Shown here one piece after another: positions 1-7,769 of a DNA stretch of 64,000 nucleotides. Under the pieces are notes generated by a model, which was given only the letters and a program-made list of their open reading frames with translations, was not told the origin of the DNA and searched no databases. A program made the position numbers and the translations under genes. Every line of letters begins with the position of its first letter. Position 1 is the first letter of the stretch. The stretch is from an uncultured Muribaculaceae bacterium (GTDB lineage Bacteria > Bacteroidota > Bacteroidia > Bacteroidales > UBA932): positions 1,143 through 65,142 of the forward strand of contig CAZPFI010000001.1 in the NCBI GenBank assembly GCA_964585795.1, read 5' to 3'.

Positions 1-1
1 A

Positions 2-415
2 TGGGCAGGATGGCACTTCTCCTCCCTGTTGTCGGAGTGGTTTAAAGTCATTTTCAAAACCGAAAACCCGGTAATAGACATTATAGCATTTGCTGTAATA
101 TTCATCGGAGTTTTGCTTCTGCTAAACCTTGCAGGACATCTGGTATCGGGTATTGTCAAACTTGCACTGCTGGGATGGCTTGATAAAATACTGGGAGTGG
201 CATTCGCATTACTTAAATACGGATTCATACTCAGCATAATTGCGCATATCTTAAACTCCCTTGACAAATTGTACAATTTTCTTCCGCAGGAGATGCTGGC
301 GGGCTCTAAGCTTTACTCATTTATCTCTTCAATTGCACCCACGCTTTTTCCATATCTGAAAGAGTTGGCTGAGAACAGTCAAAGTTTGGGTGATTATTTT
401 AGTAATCTTACCTGA
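2..415 (+). CDS. cvpA: CvpA family membrane protein (5' truncated by window edge)
   Basis: Frame is open from the window start (WAGWHFSSLLSEW...). Hydrophobic, with the CvpA-like LGWLDKILGVAFALLK and SKLY segments. Confidence 0.8.
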   Translation, partial: WAGWHFSSLLSEWFKVIFKTENPVIDIIAFAVIFIGVLLLLNLAGHLVSGIVKLALLGWLDKILGVAFALLKYGFILSIIAHILNSLDKLYNFLPQEMLAGSKLYSFISSIAPTLFPYLKELAENSQSLGDYFSNLT

Positions 416-488
416 AATTTTTAAAATCAGCTACTCCATTCTTAGGATTGGTTAAAAAATGGTTCCTGAATAAAATTCTTGTCTTTTA

Positions 489-612
489 CCTCTCTTGTCA
501 CTCATTATTTACTCATTTGTAATAGATTAGCAAATGGAAATATGCTCCTGTGTGCTGTTGGAATTCTTATGAGCAGGAGAAGTGGGTGACGGAGGGGGCA
601 TATTTCCTTTTT
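489..612 (+). promoter_or_regulatory. Structured leader upstream of the peptide exporter (terminator-like stem with an alternative pairing)
   Basis: GGAAATATGCTCCT (536-549) pairs with GGGGGCATATTTCC (594-607) and is followed by TTTTT. Segment 489-506 can instead pair with 581-598. Confidence 0.4.
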
Positions 613-640
613 AGATCTATTATTTACCGCAGAGACAGAT

Positions 641-2731
641 ATGAGGGGAGGAGTTAAGAAAAGACAATTTGATGCAAGCGACTGTGGTGTGGCATCACTT
701 GCTTCAGTAGCTGCTTATTACGGCATTCAAATACCGCTTTCGGTTATAAGAGTCAATAGTGGTACAGATTCGGGCGGAACAACCATAAAAGGGATGGTAG
801 AGGCCGCAAGAGAGATTGGGTTTGAAGCAGAAGGATACAAAGGCACCTGTGACTCTCTGAGTAAAATTCCGCTGCCTGCTATACTCCATATCGCTAAAGA
901 GGGTGGAATGCTTCACTATCAGGTACTCTACTCAGTCAATGACAGTAAGTGCAGGGTTATGGACCCTTCCGACGGTCAACTGCACAGAATATCTTTAAGT
1001 GAATTGCTCAAAGAGTGGACCGGATATATGATACTCTTTACTCCCCCTGCCAAAGGGTTGAGTAAAATATTCAACAGAAGTGGAGTTGGGGGTTTTCTGT
1101 TTAAAATGCTTGTCAAAAGATTAAGATTCTATTCATCTGTTCTTACTCTCTCTGTAATTCAGATAATTGTATCCATTTCGGTCTCTCTTTTCATAAGAGA
1201 GTTGCTGGACAATGTCATACCTTCAGGAGATAATGAGAGGTTGTTCTACATTTCCGTTTATTTGGTCTGTGCCATTGTCGCCGCAGTAATAGTGTCGGTA
1301 TTTAAGCAGAGACTGCTGCTTTGGTTTGCAATTGATACCAACAGAGAGCTTACAGAAGAGTATATAAATCACATTCACATGGTTCCCCTGAATTTTCTAA
1401 ACTCTTTCAAAACCGGAGAGATAGTATCGAGGTTAAACGATATTTACAAAATTGGTGCTTTAATGGCAGGAACTTTAGTACAGGCGTCAATATCTCTGCT
1501 GACACTCTCACTGGCATTGTTCATACTGTTTAAAACCGACTGTCGTCTTGCTCTTTTCTGTCTCTTATTCATTCCTGTTTTTGTTACAATTTTCCTCATC
1601 CACGACAGGTTTAATAAACCTCTTATGAAGAAGAGCATGGAGAGTGCAGCAAAATTTCAGAGTGCTGTAATTGAGAGTATAAAGGGTATGGCAACAATTA
1701 AAAATTATGTAATTGAGAGTGTCTCATCTGCAAACTTAAAAGGCAGACTGGGTCATCTGCACTCTCAATTGCTAAAGGCAGGTAAAGCATCGGTTGCAGC
1801 ATCAGCTGCTGCAGAGCTGACATTGGGGATGTTGACTGTTTCAATACTCTGTATGGGAGGAGCAGCTGTCCTGGGTGGAGCGTTGTCGGTGGGTCAGATG
1901 ATATCTTTCTACACCATAACAATGCTCTTTTCGGGTCCGCTGCAACAACTCTCATCTGTTTTCGCTACGGTAAGAGAGGGAAGCACTGCTACTGCAAGAT
2001 ACTGTGACATAATCTCTGCACCGGCTGAAGGGTACTCGAAAAACCACGGAGAGGTCAATGAAAAATATCAACCGGGTTATTGTGACATTATCCTTAAGGC
2101 AGATGCTGTTTCATTTGCATACCCCGGAAGGGATACCCTGTTTCAAAACCTCTCTTTTGAGGTTGCCGGAGGTGAGGTACTTGCTGTAACAGGAGAGAGC
2201 GGCTGTGGCAAAAGCACACTTGTATCAATCATTCTCAGACACTTAAAGCCGGTTTCGGGTAAAATTTTCTTTAACATGACTGATATCTCATTAACTGACA
2301 TTGAGTGGTGGAGAAGCAATATCTCTGTTGTTCCTCAGAATCCATCTCTGTACGGAGATACCATACTCGATTGTATTGCGTGCGGATGTGATTTGACCGA
2401 GAGTAAAACAAAATCCCTCCTCAAAGAGGCAATATCTGCTCTGGAGCTTTTAAAAATGTCGGAACAGCTCCCTGCAGGTCTTGCATCAAATGCCGGAGAG
2501 TGCGGAGCTTTACTTTCGAGAGGTCAGCAGCAGAGAATAGCTTTTGCAAGGGCATACATAAGAGATCCTTCAGTAGTTATCCTGGACGAGGCCACTTCAT
2601 CCCTCGACCATCACTCCTCTTTGCTTATTTATGATATGGTTTTGCTTATGAAAAAAAGAGGGAAAGCTGTAATAATGATAACGCACGACAGTTCTCTTTG
2701 CCAAAAGGCAGATAAGATTCTTAGATTATAA
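641..2731 (+). CDS. Peptidase C39-containing ABC transporter (PCAT; bacteriocin processing/export)
   Basis: N-terminal QFDASDCG (catalytic Cys), LHYQV (His) and MDP (Asp). TM domain. Walker A GESGCGKST, signature LSRGQ, Walker B ILDEATSSLD, H-loop ITHD. Confidence 0.95.
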   Translation: MRGGVKKRQFDASDCGVASLASVAAYYGIQIPLSVIRVNSGTDSGGTTIKGMVEAAREIGFEAEGYKGTCDSLSKIPLPAILHIAKEGGMLHYQVLYSVNDSKCRVMDPSDGQLHRISLSELLKEWTGYMILFTPPAKGLSKIFNRSGVGGFLFKMLVKRLRFYSSVLTLSVIQIIVSISVSLFIRELLDNVIPSGDNERLFYISVYLVCAIVAAVIVSVFKQRLLLWFAIDTNRELTEEYINHIHMVPLNFLNSFKTGEIVSRLNDIYKIGALMAGTLVQASISLLTLSLALFILFKTDCRLALFCLLFIPVFVTIFLIHDRFNKPLMKKSMESAAKFQSAVIESIKGMATIKNYVIESVSSANLKGRLGHLHSQLLKAGKASVAASAAAELTLGMLTVSILCMGGAAVLGGALSVGQMISFYTITMLFSGPLQQLSSVFATVREGSTATARYCDIISAPAEGYSKNHGEVNEKYQPGYCDIILKADAVSFAYPGRDTLFQNLSFEVAGGEVLAVTGESGCGKSTLVSIILRHLKPVSGKIFFNMTDISLTDIEWWRSNISVVPQNPSLYGDTILDCIACGCDLTESKTKSLLKEAISALELLKMSEQLPAGLASNAGECGALLSRGQQQRIAFARAYIRDPSVVILDEATSSLDHHSSLLIYDMVLLMKKRGKAVIMITHDSSLCQKADKILRL

Positions 2732-2818
2732 CCCGGTTAAAGGGCATAAACGGAGGGTGCACACTCCATGCGGATCTCTGCGCGCATTTTCTGCAGAGGA
2801 ATAAATTATTTACAAAAT

Positions 2819-3007
2819 ATGAAAGAGTATGTGAAAGATGAGTGGGGTTTGAAAACTCTTGACAAAAATGAGATGCAGGTTTGCGGAGGAATGACCTGGC
2901 GCGAGTTCTGGCTGTTGCTTAATGCTATTGGAGATGCAGTTAAAAAGGCAGAAAAATACTGGCCCAGTTTTAAAGAGGGATTTCAAACAGGTTGGGAGGC
3001 AGCGTAA
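2819..3007 (+). CDS. Double-glycine leader peptide precursor 1 (62 aa; 38-aa core)
   Basis: Leader MKEYVKDEWGLKTLDKNEMQVCGG, core MTWREFWLLLNAIGDAVKKAEKYWPSFKEGFQTGWEAA. Directly downstream of the PCAT. ATG at 2819 follows an A-rich tract. Confidence 0.8.
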   Translation: MKEYVKDEWGLKTLDKNEMQVCGGMTWREFWLLLNAIGDAVKKAEKYWPSFKEGFQTGWEAA

Positions 3008-3222
3008 TGAAAAGAGTAGAGTTAAACGGCTGCACTCTAATGGTTCTCGACCATAAAACAAGTTGCAGAATATCCGGTGGTTCCCAGGGCTGGGATTACG
3101 AGATAGCAGAAGCAATAGGCGTTGCGGTAGGTTACAGTGTAAAAAAATTGTGGAACCTGTTTATGTCATACAGCAGAAACCTTACCCAAATGCAGGCAAA
3201 CACTCAGGTAATTTACAAGTAG
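3007..3222 (+). CDS. Double-glycine leader peptide precursor 2 (71 aa; 46-aa core)
   Basis: Leader MKRVELNGCTLMVLDHKTSCRISGG (L at -12, I at -4), core SQGWDYEIAEAIGVAVGYSVKKLWNLFMSYSRNLTQMQANTQVIYK. TAATG overlap with peptide 1 and GGAGG at 2995-2999. Confidence 0.75.
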   Translation: MKRVELNGCTLMVLDHKTSCRISGGSQGWDYEIAEAIGVAVGYSVKKLWNLFMSYSRNLTQMQANTQVIYK

Positions 3223-3248
3223 CGTTGTAATTACATTTATTATTTTTT
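3208..3248 (+). terminator. Weak AT-rich hairpin plus T-rich tract ending the peptide genes
   Basis: GTAATTTACAA-gtagcg-TTGTAATTAC followed by ATTTATTATTTTTT. Confidence 0.35.
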
Positions 3249-3272
3249 GGGAGTTTTGTAATAGAAAAAAAT

Positions 3273-3280
3273 TAACTTTG
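3273..3280 (+). promoter_or_regulatory. Bacteroidota sigma70 -7 element for tolC
   Basis: TAACTTTG matches TAnnTTTG, with TTTG elements upstream and the ATG 6 nt after the box. Confidence 0.7.
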
Positions 3281-3286
3281 CGCATT

Positions 3287-4606
3287 ATGAAAATTTATTA
3301 CAAACTCCCTTTATTTCTACTCCTTATAATCCCATCGCTGCTGAGCGGGCAGAAACGGTGGAGTCTCGAGGAGTGCATCAGGTACGCCTGGGAAAACAAT
3401 CTGCAAATCAAACAACAGGAGCTTGCTGTTGAGCAGAGTGAAAACAATCTGGAGCAGGCAAAGTTAAATTATGTCCCCACTCTCAATGCATCTATCAGCC
3501 ATTCAATGAACTGGGGACGCTCCGTTAACTTGCAGAATCTGGAAATAATCCAGAATAAACTTACTCAAAGTACAAGTGCCAGCGCCAGAGCTGCAATCAA
3601 TGTTTTTGAAGGTTTCACAAAAAGCAATGAGGTTAAGAGCAGGTCTCTGCAAAGAGATATCTCGGTTGAAGAGGTCGATAGAATAAGGAACGACATCTCA
3701 ATAGAGATTGCACGGATGTATCTTCAGATACTTTTATCGAAAGAGATGCTCAAAACGGTACAAAACAGCATAATAAGCGTTGGCGATCAGGTTGAAAGGA
3801 CTAAAAAGCTTGTAGATGCCGGAAGTTTGCCGTACAGCTCACTGCTTGAGATGCAGGCACAACTTGCTGCAGAGAAGGTGCAGGTTGTAAATGCAGATAA
3901 TCAGCTGCAAAATGCAGTTCTGGCACTTGTTCAGCTTCTGGATCTTGAGAATGACAAAGATTTTGACATCCTCGATGTTGATGTCGACCTTATGGTAAAA
4001 GAGTTCACCGGTGAGAAGGTTAACGAACTGTATGAGTCCTCTCTGGAGCTTCCACAGATAAGAAGCGCAAGAATGAAACTGACAAATGCTGATGTTCAGC
4101 TGGCGATTGCAAAGGGAAGGGTTCTTCCATCTGTTTCATTCTCTGCCGGCTACGGAACCTATTACAGCGACAGCAGAGAGCAGGCCTTTTTTGACCAGTT
4201 TAACGAAAACAGAAACCCTTAAAGAGGGTTTGGAATAAATATTCCCATTTTTAATAATTATCAGGTAAGAACTTCCGTTAGAAATGCCAAACTGGGAGTG
4301 AAAAGTTCACAGATAGAGCTGAGAAGCCGGCAGCAGATGCTTTTCAAAGAGATACAACAAGCCAATAACGATGCTTTTGCATATTATCAGAAATACATAG
4401 CTTCGCAAAGCAATGTTGAGGCAATGGAGGAGTCGTTCAGGTATGTACAGCAAAAATTTGATGTAGGTGCGTTGAATGCAACAGACTATTCGGTTGCAAG
4501 GGCAAATCTTTTTAAAGCCCGGTCGGACTATTACCAATCGAAATATCAGTATGTATTCCAGCTGAAAATACTCGATTTCTACAAGGGACGCCCAATAACA
4601 CTGTAA
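3287..4606 (+). pseudogene. tolC: TolC family outer-membrane channel interrupted by one in-frame TAA (4220-4222)
   Basis: Signal peptide and WSLEECIRYAWENNLQIKQ start. ORFs 3278..4222 and 4298..4606 are in the same frame and read NENRNP*RGFGINIPIFNNYQVR..., ending KILDFYKGRPITL. Confidence 0.85.
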
Positions 4607-4643
4607 TTTTCAAGAAATTTTAATTGCAAAAAACACAACTAAG

Positions 4644-5894
4644 ATGAAAATAAAGAAAAACATAAAATGGATTATTGCAGTTGCATTTGTCCTTATAATT
4701 GTTCTTGCAATTTTTGGAAGCAGCAGGAAAAAGGGTGTTACATCAGTAACATCAGAGACTATATCCAGAAGAACCATTACAGAGGTAATTCCCGCAAACG
4801 GAAAGATTAAACCGGTTGTTGAGGTTAAAATCAGTCCTGATGTGTCAGGAGAGATAGTTGAACTGCATTACAAAGAGGGAGACCTTATTAAGAAGGGAGA
4901 CCTTATAATTAAAATTAAGCAGGATGTCTATATCTCTATGAGAGACCGTGCAGAGGCATCACTTAACTCAGTGAGGGCTCAGCTGACGCAGCTTAAGGCA
5001 CAGTTTATCCAGATAGAGCAGACATATAACCGTACCAAAACACTGTATAGTCAGGGTGCCCTTTCACAGGCAGATTACGAGACTGCTTCTTCACAGTATT
5101 TTGTTGCAATCGAGCAGATAAAAGCAGCAGAATTCAATGTTAAAAGTGCAAGTGCTGCTCTGAAGGAGGCCGAGGAAAACCTTGTAAAGACAGTTATTTA
5201 TGCGCCAATGGATGGTATAATATCAAAGATGAGCGTAGAGAAGGGGGAGAGGGTTGTAGGAACCAGTCAGATGGCAGGAACAGAGATGCTGAGAATTGCA
5301 GACTTCGAAGATATGGAGGTACTTGTGGATGTTAACGAAAATGATATAATACGAATTAAGCAGGGAGATACCGCCTCTATTGAGGTTGATGCCTATCCAA
5401 ACAGAAGATTCGCCGGGGTTGTAACCCAGATAGCAAACTCTGCAAAAAATATCGGCTCGTCTCTGGAGCAGGTTACAAATTTTGAGGTAAAGATTTATCT
5501 GTTAAAAGACTCATATTCCGATATCTCTACTGAGGGCAAACACCCGTTTCGTCCCGGAATGTCTGCATCGGTCTCTATAAGAACTGCGCAAAAAGACAGC
5601 ATTCTCACCATTCCTCTGCAGGCGATAACAACCCGGTCTGATCTCATACCCGACAGCTTAAAAACCAACCTTGGGGTAAATGAATCGCTGGAGCAGGTAT
5701 TTGTTGTCAAAGAGGATAATACGGTAGATGTGAGAATTATTACAACAGGTATTCAGGATCTGTCAAACATTGAGGTTCTCACCGGTCTGGAAGATGGAGA
5801 GAGGGTTGTAACAGGTCCGTTCTCAGCCATAAGCAGAGTGCTTAAGAAGGGAAGTGCAGTTACCGGAGAGGGAATCTCAAAGGTTAAAAAATAG
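4644..5894 (+). CDS. Efflux periplasmic adaptor subunit (HlyD/MacA-like MFP)
   Basis: N-terminal TM anchor, VKISPDVSGEI lipoyl half, coiled coil, IYAPMDGII and FRPGMSA. Confidence 0.92.
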   Translation: MKIKKNIKWIIAVAFVLIIVLAIFGSSRKKGVTSVTSETISRRTITEVIPANGKIKPVVEVKISPDVSGEIVELHYKEGDLIKKGDLIIKIKQDVYISMRDRAEASLNSVRAQLTQLKAQFIQIEQTYNRTKTLYSQGALSQADYETASSQYFVAIEQIKAAEFNVKSASAALKEAEENLVKTVIYAPMDGIISKMSVEKGERVVGTSQMAGTEMLRIADFEDMEVLVDVNENDIIRIKQGDTASIEVDAYPNRRFAGVVTQIANSAKNIGSSLEQVTNFEVKIYLLKDSYSDISTEGKHPFRPGMSASVSIRTAQKDSILTIPLQAITTRSDLIPDSLKTNLGVNESLEQVFVVKEDNTVDVRIITTGIQDLSNIEVLTGLEDGERVVTGPFSAISRVLKKGSAVTGEGISKVKK

Positions 5895-5903
5895 ACAGAA
5901 TTA

Positions 5904-6611
5904 ATGGCAAACTCCCCCGTTCTGCTCAGTATAGAGACAAGTACAGAGTTGTGCTCTGTGGCAATCTCACAAGGTACTGAGGTTATTAAAGAGAGTGTCG
6001 TAAATCAGCCGAAAGCACACGCAAAGATTCTTGCTCCGATGATTGATGAGATACTCAAAATTTCGGGTATTCCGTTGGAAGAGTGTGATGCTGTGGTTGT
6101 AAGCAGTGGTCCGGGGTCCTATACCGGTCTGAGGGTTGGTGTTTCAACCGCCAAGGGGTTATGTTACGGGGCAAAAAAACCGTTGATATCTGTGGGTTCG
6201 CTCGACATACTAGCCAATCTGGCTGTAATAGAGCACAATAAAAATACAGACTTAATTCCCCGGAATATTATTGCTATGATTGATGCGAGGAGGATGGAGG
6301 TCTACTCTGCAATCTACTCTGCTGACGGGGAGAGGTTATCTGCCGTTGAGGCAGTGATTATTGATGAAAAGAGTTATCACGACACTCTGGAGAGTGGATT
6401 AACTCTTTTCTGTGGTGATGGTGCGTTAAAGGTGATGGATGTGATTAAACACCCTAACGCACAGTATATGGGGATAAACGCAAGTGCCGGAGGTATGGTT
6501 GCTCCGGCACTTATAAAATTTGAAGAAAGAGAGTTTGAAGATGTCGCCTATTTTCAGCCATTTTATCTCAAGGAGTTTGTAGCTGGCATATCCAAAAAGA
6601 GCATCATCTGA
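5904..6611 (+). CDS. tsaB: tRNA threonylcarbamoyladenosine biosynthesis protein TsaB
   Basis: LSIETST, GPGSYTGLRVG and IDARRMEVY motifs. Confidence 0.95.
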   Translation: MANSPVLLSIETSTELCSVAISQGTEVIKESVVNQPKAHAKILAPMIDEILKISGIPLEECDAVVVSSGPGSYTGLRVGVSTAKGLCYGAKKPLISVGSLDILANLAVIEHNKNTDLIPRNIIAMIDARRMEVYSAIYSADGERLSAVEAVIIDEKSYHDTLESGLTLFCGDGALKVMDVIKHPNAQYMGINASAGGMVAPALIKFEEREFEDVAYFQPFYLKEFVAGISKKSII

Positions 6612-7755
6612 TTAATGAGGCAATCTTTCTCTCCAGTTCATCGTTAAATATATCACGAGCTACCAGAACACCTGTTCTGTCAATGACAAAATTTGCAGGA
6701 ACCTCGCGTACATTGAATGCTGATATTGCTGATGAGTTTGCTCCCAGTCCGTCACATACACTTATCCACGGCAGATTTTGTTCCCTTACTGCATTTGCCC
6801 AGGCAGTTTTGTCAACATCTACACACACCTGGTATATTTCAAGACCCCGTAAGCTGAATCTGTCATACAGTTTAAGCAGATCCTGGTTCATCATCCTCTG
6901 ATTTGCATCATGAACACTCCAGAAAGAGAGTATAATAACCTTTCCGGAAAGTTCGGATAATGATTTTATGTTGGCTCGCGTATCCGGCAGAGCAATCTCG
7001 GGGAAACCTTTTTCGGATGCCTCCAGAAGTTTATTGTTTAAAATTTGGAATTGTTCTCTGCCTTTTATCTCTTCCTGAAGTTTTGACAGATATACCGAAC
7101 CGGGAAACATTAATTGCAGAGTGTCATAAACCCTCTGAAACAGAAACATGTCCCTTACATCAGCAAAAAGAGGAAGCTCGGGTGTTAACTTATGGTAAAG
7201 CAAAATAAGATTTGTAATTGAACGCGGGTTTGAGTAGATGTGCTTTATTGCACTCTGTTTCTGTTTTACATACAGAGAGCCCAGCATGAGGTTCAGCTCG
7301 TCTGACAACCGCTTATCTCCCGAGCTGACAGCATTGCTCATCTGTTTGCCAAACTCTTCAAATTTTTGTGTTGTCTGCCATAACTCTCTCTCCAGATCCA
7401 TAAGCAGAGTGCTCTCCGGAGAACCCTCAATTACTGTGTCTGAACCTGTGGTATCGGCAGTTATTTTAACTCTGTCTCCCGGAACCATTACAAGTGAGGC
7501 CAACCTGTTTCCGTTATGGTAGAGGTAGTAAAACTCCGGCCCCCTGTAGCTCTTTTTAACCCTGTAGCTGAATTGACCGTCACCACCTGTTTTAATTGTA
7601 TCAACAGTTATTTGTGTATTAACTGCAAGTTTTGTAAGAACCAGTTTCCCGTTCTTCAAACCATCTATTCTGCCTTCAAGCCTGGCTTCGTTCCTCTTGT
7701 TAGAACAACCCAGAGCTATTATTGAGATAAATGAAATAATAAGAAGTCTCCTCAT
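6604..7755 (-). CDS. TlpA/AhpC-TSA-like lipoprotein (DUF4369-type N-domain plus thioredoxin fold) lacking CxxC
   Basis: Lipobox ALGC. LSELSGKVIILSFW, LPWISV and VPANFVIDRTG thioredoxin-fold motifs. Confidence 0.8.
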   Translation of the reverse strand: MRRLLIISFISIIALGCSNKRNEARLEGRIDGLKNGKLVLTKLAVNTQITVDTIKTGGDGQFSYRVKKSYRGPEFYYLYHNGNRLASLVMVPGDRVKITADTTGSDTVIEGSPESTLLMDLERELWQTTQKFEEFGKQMSNAVSSGDKRLSDELNLMLGSLYVKQKQSAIKHIYSNPRSITNLILLYHKLTPELPLFADVRDMFLFQRVYDTLQLMFPGSVYLSKLQEEIKGREQFQILNNKLLEASEKGFPEIALPDTRANIKSLSELSGKVIILSFWSVHDANQRMMNQDLLKLYDRFSLRGLEIYQVCVDVDKTAWANAVREQNLPWISVCDGLGANSSAISAFNVREVPANFVIDRTGVLVARDIFNDELERKIASLIR

Positions 7756-7769
7756 CACAATTATTAAAA

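Noticed and set aside
2-415. cvpA ('colicin V production') as part of the bacteriocin locus
   Set aside because: CvpA is a widespread housekeeping membrane protein and the name is historical. A 225-bp spacer separates it from the PCAT.
2810-3115. Antisense 101-aa ORF as an immunity gene
   Set aside because: It lies entirely opposite the two peptide genes, with no recognisable promoter, start context or motif. Most likely a shadow ORF.
4220-4224. Sec/Pyl recoding, alternative genetic code or invertible-loop phase variation at the tolC stop
   Set aside because: The codon is TAA, which ends many genes here, whereas Sec and Pyl use TGA and TAG. Inverting the loop still gives an in-frame TAA.
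4298-4606. Independent 102-aa gene
   Set aside because: It is the in-frame C-terminal part of the interrupted tolC.
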